This document shows, one piece after another, positions 33,307 through 45,098 of a stretch of 64,000 bases of DNA (its first letter is position 1; each line of letters begins with the position of its first letter). The DNA lies in contig CP070661.1 in NCBI GenBank assembly GCA_020355165.1, positions 3,421,809 to 3,485,808 on the forward strand, given 5' to 3'. Origin of the DNA: Burkholderiales bacterium (GTDB taxonomy: Bacteria; Pseudomonadota; Gammaproteobacteria; Burkholderiales; Burkholderiaceae_F). Position numbers and translations under genes: made by a program. The notes beneath the pieces were generated by a model, which saw nothing but the letters and a program-made list of their open reading frames with translations, had not been told where the DNA came from and did no database searches.

Positions 33307-34332
33307 TTAGCCGCTGCTCAAGGCGATGACCTGGTCGCGTGCAGCGAGATAGGCCGGCTCGCGCAGCAGTTCGTTCATCGGCACCGCCGCGCCGCGCGGC
33401 GTCATGCGCGCCAGCCGTCGGCCGAACGCCGGTGTGCGCCGCCAGCGGATGCCGGCCAGCAGCTGGTCGGCCGCCGCCCGGTCGTTGCAGGCGATGATGA
33501 AATCGCAGCCTGCATCCAGCGCCGCCTGGCCGCGGGCGACGATGCCGCCGGCCACGCTCGCTCCCTCCATCGACAGGTCGTCGCTGAACACGGCGCCGGC
33601 GAAGCCGAGCCGGCGGCGCAGCACGCCCTTGATCCAGCGCGCCGAGAACCCTGCCGGCTTTTCATCGACACGCGGGAAGATCACGTGCGCCGGCATCACG
33701 CCGGCCAGCGCCACCCCCAGCCACCGGTACGGCGCGACGTCGTGCCGGAGAATCTCGGCCTGGCGGCGCTCGTCGACCGGCACCGCGACGTGCGAGTCGG
33801 CAAGCGGCCAGCCGTGGCCGGGGAAGTGCTTGCCGCAGTTGGCCATGCCGGCCAGCGCCATGCCGTGCGTCAGATGCGAGGCGAGCATCGCCACCACCCG
33901 CGGGTCCCGGTGCAGCGCGCGGTCGCCGATCACGCCGCTGCGCCCCCAGTCCAGGTCGAGTACCGGCGCGAAGGTAAGGTCGACGCCGTGCGCGCGCAGT
34001 TCCGCCGCCATCACGAAGCCGGTCGAAATGGCCACGCGGCAGGCCTCGAGCGCGTCGTCGTCCCACAGCGCGCCAAGACGCGCCATCGCCGCAATCCGCG
34101 TGAACGGCGGCTCGCGGAAGCGCTGCACGCGTCCGCCCTCGTGATCGACGGCGATCAGCAGCTGCGGCGAGCGCAGCGCGTGGATCTCGTCGGTCAAGGC
34201 GCGCAACTGGCCGGCCGACTCGAAGTTGCGCGCAAACAGGATGACCATCCCGACCAACGGATGGACGAGCCGGCGCCGGTCGGCGCCGGTGAGCGCGCTG
34301 CCCCCGATGTCGACGACCACCGGTCCGAGCAC
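33307..34332 (-). CDS. nagZ: beta-N-acetylhexosaminidase (GH3, peptidoglycan recycling)
   Basis: 341 aa with a GTG start. Contains LLIAVDHEGGRVQRF, GKHFPGHG and VFSDDLSMEGA. Confidence 0.9.
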   Translation of the reverse strand: MLGPVVVDIGGSALTGADRRRLVHPLVGMVILFARNFESAGQLRALTDEIHALRSPQLLIAVDHEGGRVQRFREPPFTRIAAMARLGALWDDDALEACRVAISTGFVMAAELRAHGVDLTFAPVLDLDWGRSGVIGDRALHRDPRVVAMLASHLTHGMALAGMANCGKHFPGHGWPLADSHVAVPVDERRQAEILRHDVAPYRWLGVALAGVMPAHVIFPRVDEKPAGFSARWIKGVLRRRLGFAGAVFSDDLSMEGASVAGGIVARGQAALDAGCDFIIACNDRAAADQLLAGIRWRRTPAFGRRLARMTPRGAAVPMNELLREPAYLAARDQVIALSSG

Positions 34333-34740
34333 CTAGGCCCCCGTCCCGTCGGTCACTTCGGCTATCACGAAGGCCATCGCCATCGCCTGCTCGTCGGTGA
34401 CCGACACCGACAGCCGCAGCCGCCTGGCCCGAAGAAACTCGGCCAGTGCGCCGTGCGCCAGCACCTGCGGCTGGCCCGACGGCGCATTGATGATCTCCAC
34501 CGCCCGCCAGGTCATCGGCGAACGCAGGCCGAGGCCGATCGCCTTCGACACCGCTTCCTTCGCCGCAAACCGGGTGGCGAGGAAGGCCAGCCCGCGGCTG
34601 GCCGAGCGCGCCCGCCGCGATTCGTAACGCGCCTTCTCCAGCGGCCCGAGGATGCGGTCGACGAAGCGCTCGCCGAAGCGCTCGACCGCGGCGGCGATTC
34701 GTCCGATCTCCACCAGGTCGGTGCCGATGCCGTAGATCAC
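34333..34740 (-). CDS. acpS: holo-[acyl-carrier-protein] synthase
   Basis: 135 aa with a GTG start in a GTGA overlap with the pdxJ stop. Contains [25 protein letters not shown] and SVSVTDE blocks. Confidence 0.88.
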   Translation of the reverse strand: MIYGIGTDLVEIGRIAAAVERFGERFVDRILGPLEKARYESRRARSASRGLAFLATRFAAKEAVSKAIGLGLRSPMTWRAVEIINAPSGQPQVLAHGALAEFLRARRLRLSVSVTDEQAMAMAFVIAEVTDGTGA

Positions 34741-35504
34741 GCGGTCTCGCGCAAGGCGGCCTCGGCGCCGCGGATCGCCGCCACGTACATGCGCACGGCC
34801 GCCGCCATGCCGAATTCGAGCGCATCGGCGGTCAGCGCATGGCCTATCGAAACCTCGAGCACGCCGGGCACGGCAGCCAGGAACGGCGCCAGGTTGTCGC
34901 GGTTCAGGTCGTGGCCGGCGTTCACGCCGAGACCGGCGGCCTGCGCCGCCTCGGCGGCGTCCCGGTAGCGGGCGAGCGTCTGCGCCTGCGCGGCCGTGCC
35001 GAAGGCGAGCGCGTACGGCTCGGTGTACAGCTCGACGCGGTCGGCGCCGAGATCGCGCGCGAGCTGCATCGCTCCAGGCTCGGGATCCATGAACAGGCTG
35101 ACTCTGACGCCCAGCGCCCGCGCCTGCTCGATGACCGGCCGCAGCCGCTCGCTGTCGCGCGGCAGGTCCCAGCCGTGGTCCGAGGTGAAAGCGCCGCTCT
35201 CGTCCGGCACGAAGGTGCACTGGTGCGGCCGCACCTGGCGCACGTAGTCCATCAGCTGGTGGAACGGGTTGCCTTCGATGTTGAACTCCGCTGCCGGCCA
35301 GGCGGCCAGCAGCGCCGCCAGTTCGCCCACGTCCTCACCGCGCACGTGCCGGCCGTCCGGACGCGGGTGCACCGTGATGCCGTCGGCGCCGGCCTCGAGC
35401 GCGATGGTGGCGAACTTGGTCACGCTCGGGACACCGAGCTTGCGGGTATTGCGCACCAGCGCAATCTTGTTCAGGTTGACGGACAGCGCGGTCACGGCAC
35501 TCAC
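34737..35504 (-). CDS. pdxJ: pyridoxine 5'-phosphate synthase
   Basis: 255 aa with a GTG start in a GTGA overlap with the recO stop. Contains [36 protein letters not shown] and EVSIGHAL. Confidence 0.9.
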   Translation of the reverse strand: MSAVTALSVNLNKIALVRNTRKLGVPSVTKFATIALEAGADGITVHPRPDGRHVRGEDVGELAALLAAWPAAEFNIEGNPFHQLMDYVRQVRPHQCTFVPDESGAFTSDHGWDLPRDSERLRPVIEQARALGVRVSLFMDPEPGAMQLARDLGADRVELYTEPYALAFGTAAQAQTLARYRDAAEAAQAAGLGVNAGHDLNRDNLAPFLAAVPGVLEVSIGHALTADALEFGMAAAVRMYVAAIRGAEAALRETA

Positions 35505-36268
35505 AGTCCCCTCAGGTCCTGCAGGATGCGGCGCGTGTTCAGCGGCCGCCCCTCGAGATGGTAGCGAATGATCAGCCGCAGCATCGCCCGCGCCTCGGCG
35601 GCCACGACGGGCTGGTCGAATCCTCCCGCCGCCATCGCCAGCGCCGTCGCACCGGATATGCACACCGCCTCGCCGTCTTGCTCCACCTGCACCAGGCCCC
35701 GTTGCGGATCGACCCGGTAGCGCGCCTGCGTGGCGACGGCCTGGCCGTCGGCGCAGACGTCGAGCGCGGGCAGATGGCCGGTCTCGCGCAACAGCTCGAA
35801 CTCGAACGCGCGCAGCACCGGATCGAGCCGTACCGCCTCGCCCGCCAGCGCGCGCAGCGCGCGCGCGTAGGCGCCGAACAGCGCCGGGTGCGCGTCGGCG
35901 CGCGCCAGCAGCCGGACGATCAGCTCGTTCAGATAGAAGCCGGCGAGCAGGGCATCGCCGCGCAGCGGCACCAGGCCGCCGGTCCACTCGGCGCGGATCA
36001 GCGTCTTCACCTCGCCACGCCCGCTCCAGGCCAGCGCCAGCGCCGAGAACGGCGACAGCACCCCGCGCAGCGGCGAAGTGCGCCGCTTGGCGCCGCGTGC
36101 CACCAGGGCGACACGGCCGTGATCGCGCGTCAGCGCCTCGACGATCAGGCTGGTCTCGCGCCACGGGTAGGTGTGCAGGACGAAGCCGGGCTGGTGCTCG
36201 ACCCGGACCTCCGACCCGCGCCGGCTCCGGGCCGGCGCCGCCGCGCCCGCCCGCTGGCCGTCACTCAT
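35501..36268 (-). CDS. recO: DNA repair protein RecO
   Basis: 255 aa. Contains GFVLHTYPWRETSLIVEALTRDHGRVALVARGAKR, the OB-fold N-terminus of RecO. Sits in the conserved era-recO-pdxJ order. Confidence 0.88.
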   Translation of the reverse strand: MSDGQRAGAAAPARSRRGSEVRVEHQPGFVLHTYPWRETSLIVEALTRDHGRVALVARGAKRRTSPLRGVLSPFSALALAWSGRGEVKTLIRAEWTGGLVPLRGDALLAGFYLNELIVRLLARADAHPALFGAYARALRALAGEAVRLDPVLRAFEFELLRETGHLPALDVCADGQAVATQARYRVDPQRGLVQVEQDGEAVCISGATALAMAAGGFDQPVVAAEARAMLRLIIRYHLEGRPLNTRRILQDLRGL

Positions 36269-37184
36269 AGCCGAGGCTCTTAAGTGCGCGCGCGTCGTCG
36301 CTCCAGCCGCGGCGCACCCGCACGTGGGTCTGCAGGTAGACCGGCTTGCCGAGCAGCTTCTCGATGTCGAGCCGCGCCAGCCGACCGATCTCGCGCAGCT
36401 TGGCGCCTCCGGCGCCGATGACGATGCCCTTGTGCGCGTCGCGTTCGACCAGCAGCGCCGCAGCGATCTCGGCGCGCTCCTCGTCCTCCTGCCACCGTTC
36501 GATCGTCACTGCGATTCCGTACGGCAGCTCGTCACCGAGCAGGCGGAAGGCCTTCTCGCGGATCGATTCGGCGGCGAGGAAGCGCACGCTGCGGTCGGTG
36601 AACTGATCAGCCTCGAAAAGCGGCTCGCCGGGCGGCAGCCGGCGCTCGATCTCGCCAAGCAGGTCCTCGAGCTGGCGACCCTTCTCGGCGCTGACCGGCA
36701 CCACCGCGGCAAACCGGTAGCGCGCTGCGGCCGTCGCGATCCGCGGCAGCAGCTGGTCGCGGTCGGCAAGCAGGTCGGACTTGTTCAGCGCCAGGATCAC
36801 GTTGCCGCGGTCGGCCGGCAGCAGGTCGAGCACGGCCTGGTCCTCGGCCGTGAACCCGCGCGCATCGATCACCAGCACGACCACGTCGGCCTCGGCCAGC
36901 GCCGCCCCGACCGCCTCGTTCATTCGCCGCGTCAGCATCGACCGGTGGCGGCGCTGCAAGCCCGGGGTGTCGACGAAGATGCACTGCGTCGTCGCTGGCG
37001 CGGTGCCCCGCGTCAGAACGCCGAGCACGCGCACCCGCGTCGTCTGCGGCCGCCGCGAGGTGATCGAGACGCGTTCGCCGACCAGCGCGTTGAGCAGCGT
37101 CGACTTGCCGACGTTGGGCCGACCGATGATCGCCACGAAGCCGGTGCGCGCGGCCGCCGCACCGGGGGCGGACGCCTCGGTCAT
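36261..37184 (-). CDS. era: GTPase Era
   Basis: 307 aa from ATG at 37184. G1 GRPNVGKSTL, G3 DTPG, G4 NKSD, and a C-terminal KH domain (IVIGAGGAKLREIG). Confidence 0.93.
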   Translation of the reverse strand: MTEASAPGAAAARTGFVAIIGRPNVGKSTLLNALVGERVSITSRRPQTTRVRVLGVLTRGTAPATTQCIFVDTPGLQRRHRSMLTRRMNEAVGAALAEADVVVLVIDARGFTAEDQAVLDLLPADRGNVILALNKSDLLADRDQLLPRIATAAARYRFAAVVPVSAEKGRQLEDLLGEIERRLPPGEPLFEADQFTDRSVRFLAAESIREKAFRLLGDELPYGIAVTIERWQEDEERAEIAAALLVERDAHKGIVIGAGGAKLREIGRLARLDIEKLLGKPVYLQTHVRVRRGWSDDARALKSLGYE

Positions 37185-37186
37185 TC

Positions 37187-38035
37187 TCAGCGCGGCTGCG
37201 GTGGCGGCGTTTGAGCCGCTTCGGCCGGCGCGGCGTCGGCGGCAGCCGCCTCGGCCGGCCGTCCCGCTGCAGCGCCTGCGGCCTGGCCGTCGCCGCCGTC
37301 CGCCGGGGCGCTTGGCACCGGCGCCTCCGCCGCTGCAGCGGCGGCCCGGCGGCGCGAGCGGCGGGCCGCCTGCGCAGCCTCCAGGGCAAGTTTCGCCGCC
37401 GACTGCTCGGCGGCGCGGCGGCTGCGGCCGCTTCCCCTGACGCTGATGTCGAGCTTCGGTACCGAACACTCGACCTCGAACTCCTGGTTGTGCGCTGCGC
37501 CCCGGGTCTCGACCACCGAGTATTGCGGCAACGGCAGCCGCTTGCCCTGCAGGAACTCCTGCAGCAGGGTCTTGCTGTCCTTGCCCAGGGTCTTCGGGTC
37601 GACCGCCTTGAGCACCGGGTCGAACAGCCGCGTGATCACCTCGCGCGCGGCGTCGAAACCCCGATCGACGAACACGGCGCCGACGGCCGCCTCGAGCGTA
37701 TCGGCGAGGATCGAGGGACGCCGGAAGCCGCCGCTCTTGCGCTCGCCCTCGCCCAGCCGGAGGAACTGGCTCAGTTCGAGACGTTCGGCGATCTCCGCCA
37801 GCGACTGCTGCTTGACCAGGTTGGCGCGCAGCCGCGACAGGTCGCCCTCGTTCAGGCGGGCGAACTTCTGGAACAGCAGCTGGGCGATCGTGCAGTTGAG
37901 CACGGCGTCGCCGAGGAACTCGAGCCGCTCGTTGTGCACCGCGCCGTGGCTGCGGTGGGTGACGGCCTGGTCCAGCAGCTCGCGGTTGGCGAACTGGTAG
38001 CCGAGCCGTTCCTCCAGTGCGCTCAGTTCGGTCAC
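37187..38035 (-). CDS. rnc: ribonuclease III with a ~60-aa Ala/Pro-rich C-terminal tail
   Basis: 282 aa with a GTG start. RNase III signature [13 protein letters not shown] and a dsRBD ending near [11 protein letters not shown]. This is followed by [22 protein letters not shown]...TPPPQPR. Confidence 0.93.
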   Translation of the reverse strand: MTELSALEERLGYQFANRELLDQAVTHRSHGAVHNERLEFLGDAVLNCTIAQLLFQKFARLNEGDLSRLRANLVKQQSLAEIAERLELSQFLRLGEGERKSGGFRRPSILADTLEAAVGAVFVDRGFDAAREVITRLFDPVLKAVDPKTLGKDSKTLLQEFLQGKRLPLPQYSVVETRGAAHNQEFEVECSVPKLDISVRGSGRSRRAAEQSAAKLALEAAQAARRSRRRAAAAAAEAPVPSAPADGGDGQAAGAAAGRPAEAAAADAAPAEAAQTPPPQPR

Positions 38036-38057
38036 GCCATGCCGCCCGTCGCGTCCG

Positions 38058-38435
38058 CTAGTCGGCCTTCGGCCGTCCGCTGGTGGTGCCCGCGAAGTCG
38101 ATCACCAGCCGCACGTTGTCGGCAATCGGGATCTGGTACGTGTAGGCGTACGAGATCACGATCTTGTCCGACTCCTTGGTGATGTCCAGGTCCTTGGCGG
38201 AAATCGACTTGATGTCGTCGATCACCGCGTAACGGTCGAATGCCTTGCGCAGCTCCGGCACGGTGCTTGCCTCGATGCGGATCTGCTTGATCGCCTTCTC
38301 GATCGCCAGGTACTCGGTGATCGCCGGCACCAGCTTGGCGCCGATGATCAGCAGCGCGACGATGATCAGGCCGATGAAGATCAACGAGATGAGGCCCAGG
38401 CCCGCCTGCCTCCTGCTGTTGATTCTGTCCTGCAT
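38058..38435 (-). CDS. DUF4845 domain-containing small membrane-anchored protein
   Basis: 125 aa from ATG at 38435 ([37 protein letters not shown]). Single N-terminal TM helix. Occupies the usual position between lepB and rnc in Betaproteobacteria. Confidence 0.7.
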   Translation of the reverse strand: MQDRINSRRQAGLGLISLIFIGLIIVALLIIGAKLVPAITEYLAIEKAIKQIRIEASTVPELRKAFDRYAVIDDIKSISAKDLDITKESDKIVISYAYTYQIPIADNVRLVIDFAGTTSGRPKAD

Positions 38436-38470
38436 TGCCCCTCCCCAGCGCAAAAAAGTCCTGCCCGAGC

Positions 38471-39382
38471 TCACTGAAAACCGCCGATGCGGTCGAAGCG
38501 GATCAGGTCGTTCCAGCTGCCGCCGAAGTGCATCCAGACGAAGAACGCCCGGCCGACGATGTTCTGGTCGGGCACGAATCCCCAGAAGCGGCTGTCTTCG
38601 CTGTTGTCGCGGTTGTCGCCCATCACGAAGTAGTGCCCCGGCGGCACCGTGCAGGCGACCCCGGCGGCCGAGTACTGGCATGCCTGCGGGTGGGTGTGCG
38701 CGAAGGCGCGCATCGGCGGCACGCCCGGCCCCTCGCTCAGCACGATGCGGTGATCCACGTTACCCAGTTTCTCCGAGAACTGCGCGTAGTACTGCACGCG
38801 GTCCTGCTCGAAGTACCGCGGCAGCGGCTGCACCGGCACCGGCTGGCCGTTGATCAACAGACGACGGTCAGCGTACTCCACCCGGTCACCCGGCAGCCCG
38901 ACCACGCGCTTGATGTAGTCCTGGGTCGTGTTGTGCGGAAAGCGGAACACCATCACGTCGCCACGCTGCGGCGAGCCCACCTCGACGATCTTGACGTTGA
39001 TCACCGGCAGCCGGATTCCGTACTGGTACTTATTCACCAGTATCAGGTCGCCGATCTGCAGCGTCGGGATCATCGATCCCGACGGGATCCGGAACGGCTC
39101 GAACAGGAACGAGCGCAGCACGAAGACGAGCAGGATGACCGGGAAGAAGCTGGCCGTGTACTCCAGGTACCACGGCCGCTGGGCCAGCCGGCCGGCCAGC
39201 GCCGCGCGCTCGGCGGCCAGCGCCTGCGCGTTGAGGCCGGCCCGGCCGGCGTTGCGGGCGTCGAACTCGGCCAGCGCCACCTCCGCCGCCGCCGACCGCG
39301 CCTTCTTCAGCCACAGCACGTCGAGCAGCCACATGACGAAGCTGATGACCAGCAGGATGAACAGGATCAGGGCGAAGTTCAT
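38471..39382 (-). CDS. lepB: signal peptidase I
   Basis: 303 aa. Catalytic Ser box IPSGSMIPTL, Lys box YIKRVVGLPGD, and GDNRDNSEDSRFWG. Confidence 0.95.
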   Translation of the reverse strand: MNFALILFILLVISFVMWLLDVLWLKKARSAAAEVALAEFDARNAGRAGLNAQALAAERAALAGRLAQRPWYLEYTASFFPVILLVFVLRSFLFEPFRIPSGSMIPTLQIGDLILVNKYQYGIRLPVINVKIVEVGSPQRGDVMVFRFPHNTTQDYIKRVVGLPGDRVEYADRRLLINGQPVPVQPLPRYFEQDRVQYYAQFSEKLGNVDHRIVLSEGPGVPPMRAFAHTHPQACQYSAAGVACTVPPGHYFVMGDNRDNSEDSRFWGFVPDQNIVGRAFFVWMHFGGSWNDLIRFDRIGGFQ

Positions 39383-39389
39383 GCGAGCA

Positions 39390-41195
<1,806 letters not shown>

Positions 41196-41269
41196 CGATG
41201 TGCCGGACAGGCGGCGGGACCGGTCGGCGGTTTTCGGGGGCGCCGGGCGCCCTTTGCTCGCCCGCCACG

Positions 41270-41307
41270 GGCAAAGCAAAGGGGGTGCGCCGCCGGCGTC
41301 ACCCCCT
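41270..41307 (-). terminator. intrinsic-terminator-like hairpin after mucD
   Basis: The minus strand reads AGGGGGTG-acgccggcggcg-CACCCCCT followed by TTGCTTTG. The stem is 41280-41287 / 41300-41307. Lies about 50 nt after the mucD stop. Confidence 0.4.
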
Positions 41308-41357
41308 CGTACTGGCCGCGGGCCCGATTCTAGCTTGGCCGCGGCAAGGCCCCGGCT

Positions 41358-42818
41358 CTAGCGTTCGGCCGGACGGACGATCACGTACTGCGTCGCATCG
41401 CCGCGACGCACGAGAAGCGCCACGTTCTTCTTGCGGTCGAGCCTGGCCACCTGGTCGTTGAACTGCTTGGCGTTGACGACGTCGACGTTGTTCAGCGCCA
41501 GGATCAGGTCCCCCTGGCGCAGCCCGGCCGACGCCGCCGGGCCGTCGACCGCGTCGACCTGCACCGCCGACCTGATCTTCAGCTCCTTCAGCCTGTCGGC
41601 GGCGACGTCGGACACGGTCAGGCCGAGCGCATTGGCCGGGGCGGCGCTGCTCGGCGGCGGTTCGCCGCGGCGGGCCGTCTGCTGCTCGGGCGCAATCTCG
41701 CCGACCGTCACCTGCAGGTCGCGCTGGCTGCCCTTGCGCCAGACGGTCATCGACGCCTTGGTTCCGGGCCGGGTGCCGCCGACGATTCGCGGCAGGTCGG
41801 ACTGGCTGTCGATGGGACGCCCGTCGAAGCGCAGCACCACATCGCCGGCCTCGACCCCGGCCTTGGCCGCGGGCCCGTCCGGGTCGACGTTGGTGACCAG
41901 GGCACCCTGCGACTTGCTCAACCCGATCGCCTCGGCCACCTCGCGCGAGACCGCCGTGATGGTGACGCCGATGCGGCCGCGGATGACCCGGCCGGAGGCG
42001 CGCAACTGCTCCTGCACCCGCATCGCTTCGTCGATCGGGATCGCGAAGGAGATGCCGGCGAAGGCGCCGGAGGTGGTGAAGATCTGCGAGTTGATGCCGA
42101 CCACCTCGCCGCGCATGTTGATCAACGGACCGCCGGAGTTGCCGGGATTCACGGCAACATCGGTCTGGATGAACGGCAGGAACTCGCCCGTTTCGCGCGC
42201 CTTGGCGCTGACAATCCCCGCCGTGACCGTGCTTTCCAGTCCGAACGGCGAGCCGATGGCGATCACCCATTCGCCGACCCTCAGCCTGTTGGAGTCACCG
42301 ATCCTGACCGCCGGCAGTCCGGTGGCGTCGATCTTCAGCAGTGCCACGTCGGTGCGCTGGTCGGAGCCGATCAGCTTGGCGCTGAACTCCCGCTTGTCGG
42401 CCAGCGTCACCGTGATCTGCTCCGAGCCTTCGACCACGTGGTGGTTGGTCATGACGTAGCCGTCGGACGAGATGACGAATCCCGAGCCGAGCCCGCGCGG
42501 CACCTGCCGGTCGCCCCGCGGCCCCGGCCGCTGCGGCCCTGGGCCCGGCTGCGGCTGCGGGAAGAAGCGGCGGAAGAATTCGTAGAAGGGGTCGTTCTCG
42601 TCCAGCCCGGGAATCTGCGGCATGCCGCGGCCATGCACCGAGCCCAGGCGTGCCGTCGTCCGGATGTTGACGACCGCCGGCCCGGCCCGCTCGGCCAGGT
42701 CGGCAAAGTCCGGCAGCTGCACCGTCGGCACCGGCGCCTGCGCCAGTACCGGCGGGGCGGCGACGCCAAAGGCGACCAGCAGGGGCAAGAGGATTCGGGC
42801 GATCAGTTTGTTCATCAT
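41358..42818 (-). CDS. mucD: periplasmic serine endoprotease, DegP/DegQ/MucD (HtrA) family
   Basis: 486 aa with a signal peptide. Catalytic triad contexts TNHHVV, DVALLKI and GNSGGPLIN. Two PDZ domains. Lies downstream of rseB. Confidence 0.9.
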   Translation of the reverse strand: MMNKLIARILLPLLVAFGVAAPPVLAQAPVPTVQLPDFADLAERAGPAVVNIRTTARLGSVHGRGMPQIPGLDENDPFYEFFRRFFPQPQPGPGPQRPGPRGDRQVPRGLGSGFVISSDGYVMTNHHVVEGSEQITVTLADKREFSAKLIGSDQRTDVALLKIDATGLPAVRIGDSNRLRVGEWVIAIGSPFGLESTVTAGIVSAKARETGEFLPFIQTDVAVNPGNSGGPLINMRGEVVGINSQIFTTSGAFAGISFAIPIDEAMRVQEQLRASGRVIRGRIGVTITAVSREVAEAIGLSKSQGALVTNVDPDGPAAKAGVEAGDVVLRFDGRPIDSQSDLPRIVGGTRPGTKASMTVWRKGSQRDLQVTVGEIAPEQQTARRGEPPPSSAAPANALGLTVSDVAADRLKELKIRSAVQVDAVDGPAASAGLRQGDLILALNNVDVVNAKQFNDQVARLDRKKNVALLVRRGDATQYVIVRPAER

Positions 42819-42853
42819 TCCGTCTTCGTTGGGGTGGATCGATACCTGGGAAG

Positions 42854-43849
42854 TCAGCGGCCGACGCGCTCGGCTGCCTGGGCGACGGCACGCGCCGTGT
42901 CGGCGGGGATCTCGCCGACCACCGTCACCATGGCCTCGCCGACCCGCCGCGCGTAGGCGTTGATCGGTCCGCGCGGCGGCAGGGCGTCGCTGGTGTCGGA
43001 CGGCGCTGCCGGCTCGATGAAAACGGACAGCGAGGCCAGGCCGTCGGAATAGACCGCCTGAACCGCCGGCCCGTTGTGCATCGGGCGACGCACCGCATAA
43101 AGCGGCTTGAAGCCGCTCGGCGGCGACAGCCGCCAGCCCTGCTCGTTGAGGTCAACCGGCCGGTGCGCGGCCTCATCGACCCGCCAGCCCTCGATCGGCC
43201 ACGACGGCTTGAGCTGTTCTCGATCGACACCGCCGATGCGCACCTCGGCAAAGGCCATCTGCTCCAGCACCTCGCCACGGTCATTGAGCGTCTGCGAACG
43301 AAGCAGCAGTCCGCTCGTCCGGTCGACCCACAACCGGTAGCCGTAGCGGTCGCCCTGACGCGGCTGGATGAGCAGAACCTGGCAGTCGAAGCCGCCGACC
43401 CGCTCACGCCCGACGACCTTCACCTCGTAGTGCTGCAGCAGTTCCGCCGTCGCGGTGGCGGCCAGCGCGGGAAACGACTCCGCCCGCGTCCGGCGCTCGA
43501 TCACCACCCGCCGCGCGTCGGGGATCAGGCACTTGACCTCGTCGGCATTGCGGATGAACTCGCGCGGCCGGCCGTCCATAGGCTGCAGCCGCTCGTGCGA
43601 GACCTGGCCGTCGAAGACGTGGACGATCCTCGACATCCGCACCTCGCTGCCCTGCTGGTAGAAGATCGTGCCGCTGTAATCGAGCTGGCGCGCGGCCCGC
43701 TGCACCAATTGCAGCCACTGCTCGGCAGTGCGCGTATCGGCGGCCGCCGCGCTCGCCGCCCGCTCCTGGGCCTGAGCCAGGCCAGCGAAGGCGAGCAGCA
43801 CGATCGCCGAGGAGAGCCAGTTTCCCCTCGGCAGGACCAGCCGCCACAT
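42854..43849 (-). CDS. rseB: sigma-E factor regulatory protein RseB/MucB
   Basis: 331 aa with signal peptide ...AFAGLAQA. Contains LDYSGTIFYQQGSEVRMSRIVH, the MucB/RseB N-domain block. 1-nt overlap with the rseA stop. Confidence 0.88.
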   Translation of the reverse strand: MWRLVLPRGNWLSSAIVLLAFAGLAQAQERAASAAAADTRTAEQWLQLVQRAARQLDYSGTIFYQQGSEVRMSRIVHVFDGQVSHERLQPMDGRPREFIRNADEVKCLIPDARRVVIERRTRAESFPALAATATAELLQHYEVKVVGRERVGGFDCQVLLIQPRQGDRYGYRLWVDRTSGLLLRSQTLNDRGEVLEQMAFAEVRIGGVDREQLKPSWPIEGWRVDEAAHRPVDLNEQGWRLSPPSGFKPLYAVRRPMHNGPAVQAVYSDGLASLSVFIEPAAPSDTSDALPPRGPINAYARRVGEAMVTVVGEIPADTARAVAQAAERVGR

Positions 43850-44451
43850 CAGCGGCCCTCCTGCATCAGCACTGCGCCGGATGTGCGAACGTACGGCGTC
43901 GAGTACGGCATCAACGTCGCTTCGGCGAGTTCCCGATGTGCCGCCAGGTATCGCTCGAGCTGCGGCGAGCGGTCGATCGCCGGCAGCGGCGCGTTGACCG
44001 CAACCTCGGCCGTAGCCGCCGGCGCCCCGGCCGCCGCCGTGTCGGTCGTCGCGCCCTGCCGCGACGGCAGGCCCACTGCCAGCAGCACCGCCGCTGCCGC
44101 CGCGGCGCTGGCGCCGGGCAGCAGCCAGCGGCGGACGGCCGAACGCCGCGGCAACGCCGCCGGCGCCAGCACGGTCGGCTCCTGCGCCAGCGCGGCCGAC
44201 ACGCGGGCGACAAAGCCCTCGGCGTGAAAGGCTGCAACGTCCGCCGACCTCATGGCGTCGCCGACGCAGTTCAGCAGCGTCCAGTTGCGGCCCGCTTCCG
44301 GGTCATGGCGAAGGCGCTCGACCAGCGCCCTGCAGCCCTCGGCATCCAGTTCGCCGTCCAGCAGGGCCGACAGGCGCTCGCCGCAGTCGCCGGGGTCATC
44401 GTCCGTGGGTGGAACGGCGGCCTGGTCCGCATCGATCCGCTTCGTCTTCAT
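43849..44451 (-). CDS. rseA: anti-sigma-E factor RseA/MucA family
   Basis: 200 aa. RseA_N block ERLSALLDGELD, a central TM segment ([20 protein letters not shown]), and a position 8 nt after rpoE. Confidence 0.8.
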   Translation of the reverse strand: MKTKRIDADQAAVPPTDDDPGDCGERLSALLDGELDAEGCRALVERLRHDPEAGRNWTLLNCVGDAMRSADVAAFHAEGFVARVSAALAQEPTVLAPAALPRRSAVRRWLLPGASAAAAAAVLLAVGLPSRQGATTDTAAAGAPAATAEVAVNAPLPAIDRSPQLERYLAAHRELAEATLMPYSTPYVRTSGAVLMQEGR

Positions 44452-44459
44452 CTGCTACC

Positions 44460-45059
44460 TCACCAACGGCGGTCCTTGTTCGTTTCCAGCAGTGGCCGCA
44501 GTTCCTCGGCCACTGCTTCGCGGGCGCGGAAGATGCGCGAGCGGACGGTGCCGATCGGGCAGTTCATCGACGCCGCGATCTCGTCGTAACTCAGCCCTTC
44601 GAGCTCGCGCAGCACGATCGCGGTGCGCAGCTCCTCGGGCAGCCTCTCGATCGCCCGGTTCACCGCTTCGGCAACCTGCTTCGACAGCAGCATGCGGTCG
44701 GGCGTGTCCTCGGTACGCAGCGATTCGCCGTCCTCGAAGTTCTCCGCGTCTTCGATGTCGGCCTCGGTCTGGGTCGGCGCCCGGCGTCCCTGGGCGACCA
44801 GGTAGTTCTTGGCGGTGTTGATCGCGATCCGGTATAGCCATGTGTAGAAGGCGCTTTCACCCCGAAAGTTCGGCAATGCCCGGTAGGCCTTGATGAACGC
44901 TTCCTGCGCCACGTCCTCGATCTCGCTCTGATCGCGGACCAACCGCGACAGCAGCCGGAACAGCTTGCGCTGGTACTTCACCACCAGCAGATCGAACGCC
45001 TGCTTGTCGCCGCGCTGCACTCGCTCGACCAGCTGCCAGTCGGCGTCACGCTCGCTCAT
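44460..45059 (-). CDS. rpoE: RNA polymerase sigma factor RpoE (ECF sigma-24)
   Basis: 199 aa. Contains DWQLVERVQRGDKQAFDLLVVKYQRKL, region 2 FYTWLYRIAINTAKNY, and region 4 LSYDEIAASMNCPIGTVRSRIFRAREA. Confidence 0.95.
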   Translation of the reverse strand: MSERDADWQLVERVQRGDKQAFDLLVVKYQRKLFRLLSRLVRDQSEIEDVAQEAFIKAYRALPNFRGESAFYTWLYRIAINTAKNYLVAQGRRAPTQTEADIEDAENFEDGESLRTEDTPDRMLLSKQVAEAVNRAIERLPEELRTAIVLRELEGLSYDEIAASMNCPIGTVRSRIFRAREAVAEELRPLLETNKDRRW

Positions 45060-45098
45060 CGGCCCGCCCTGCCCCGGCGGCCCGGGCAGCCCGCTTGC

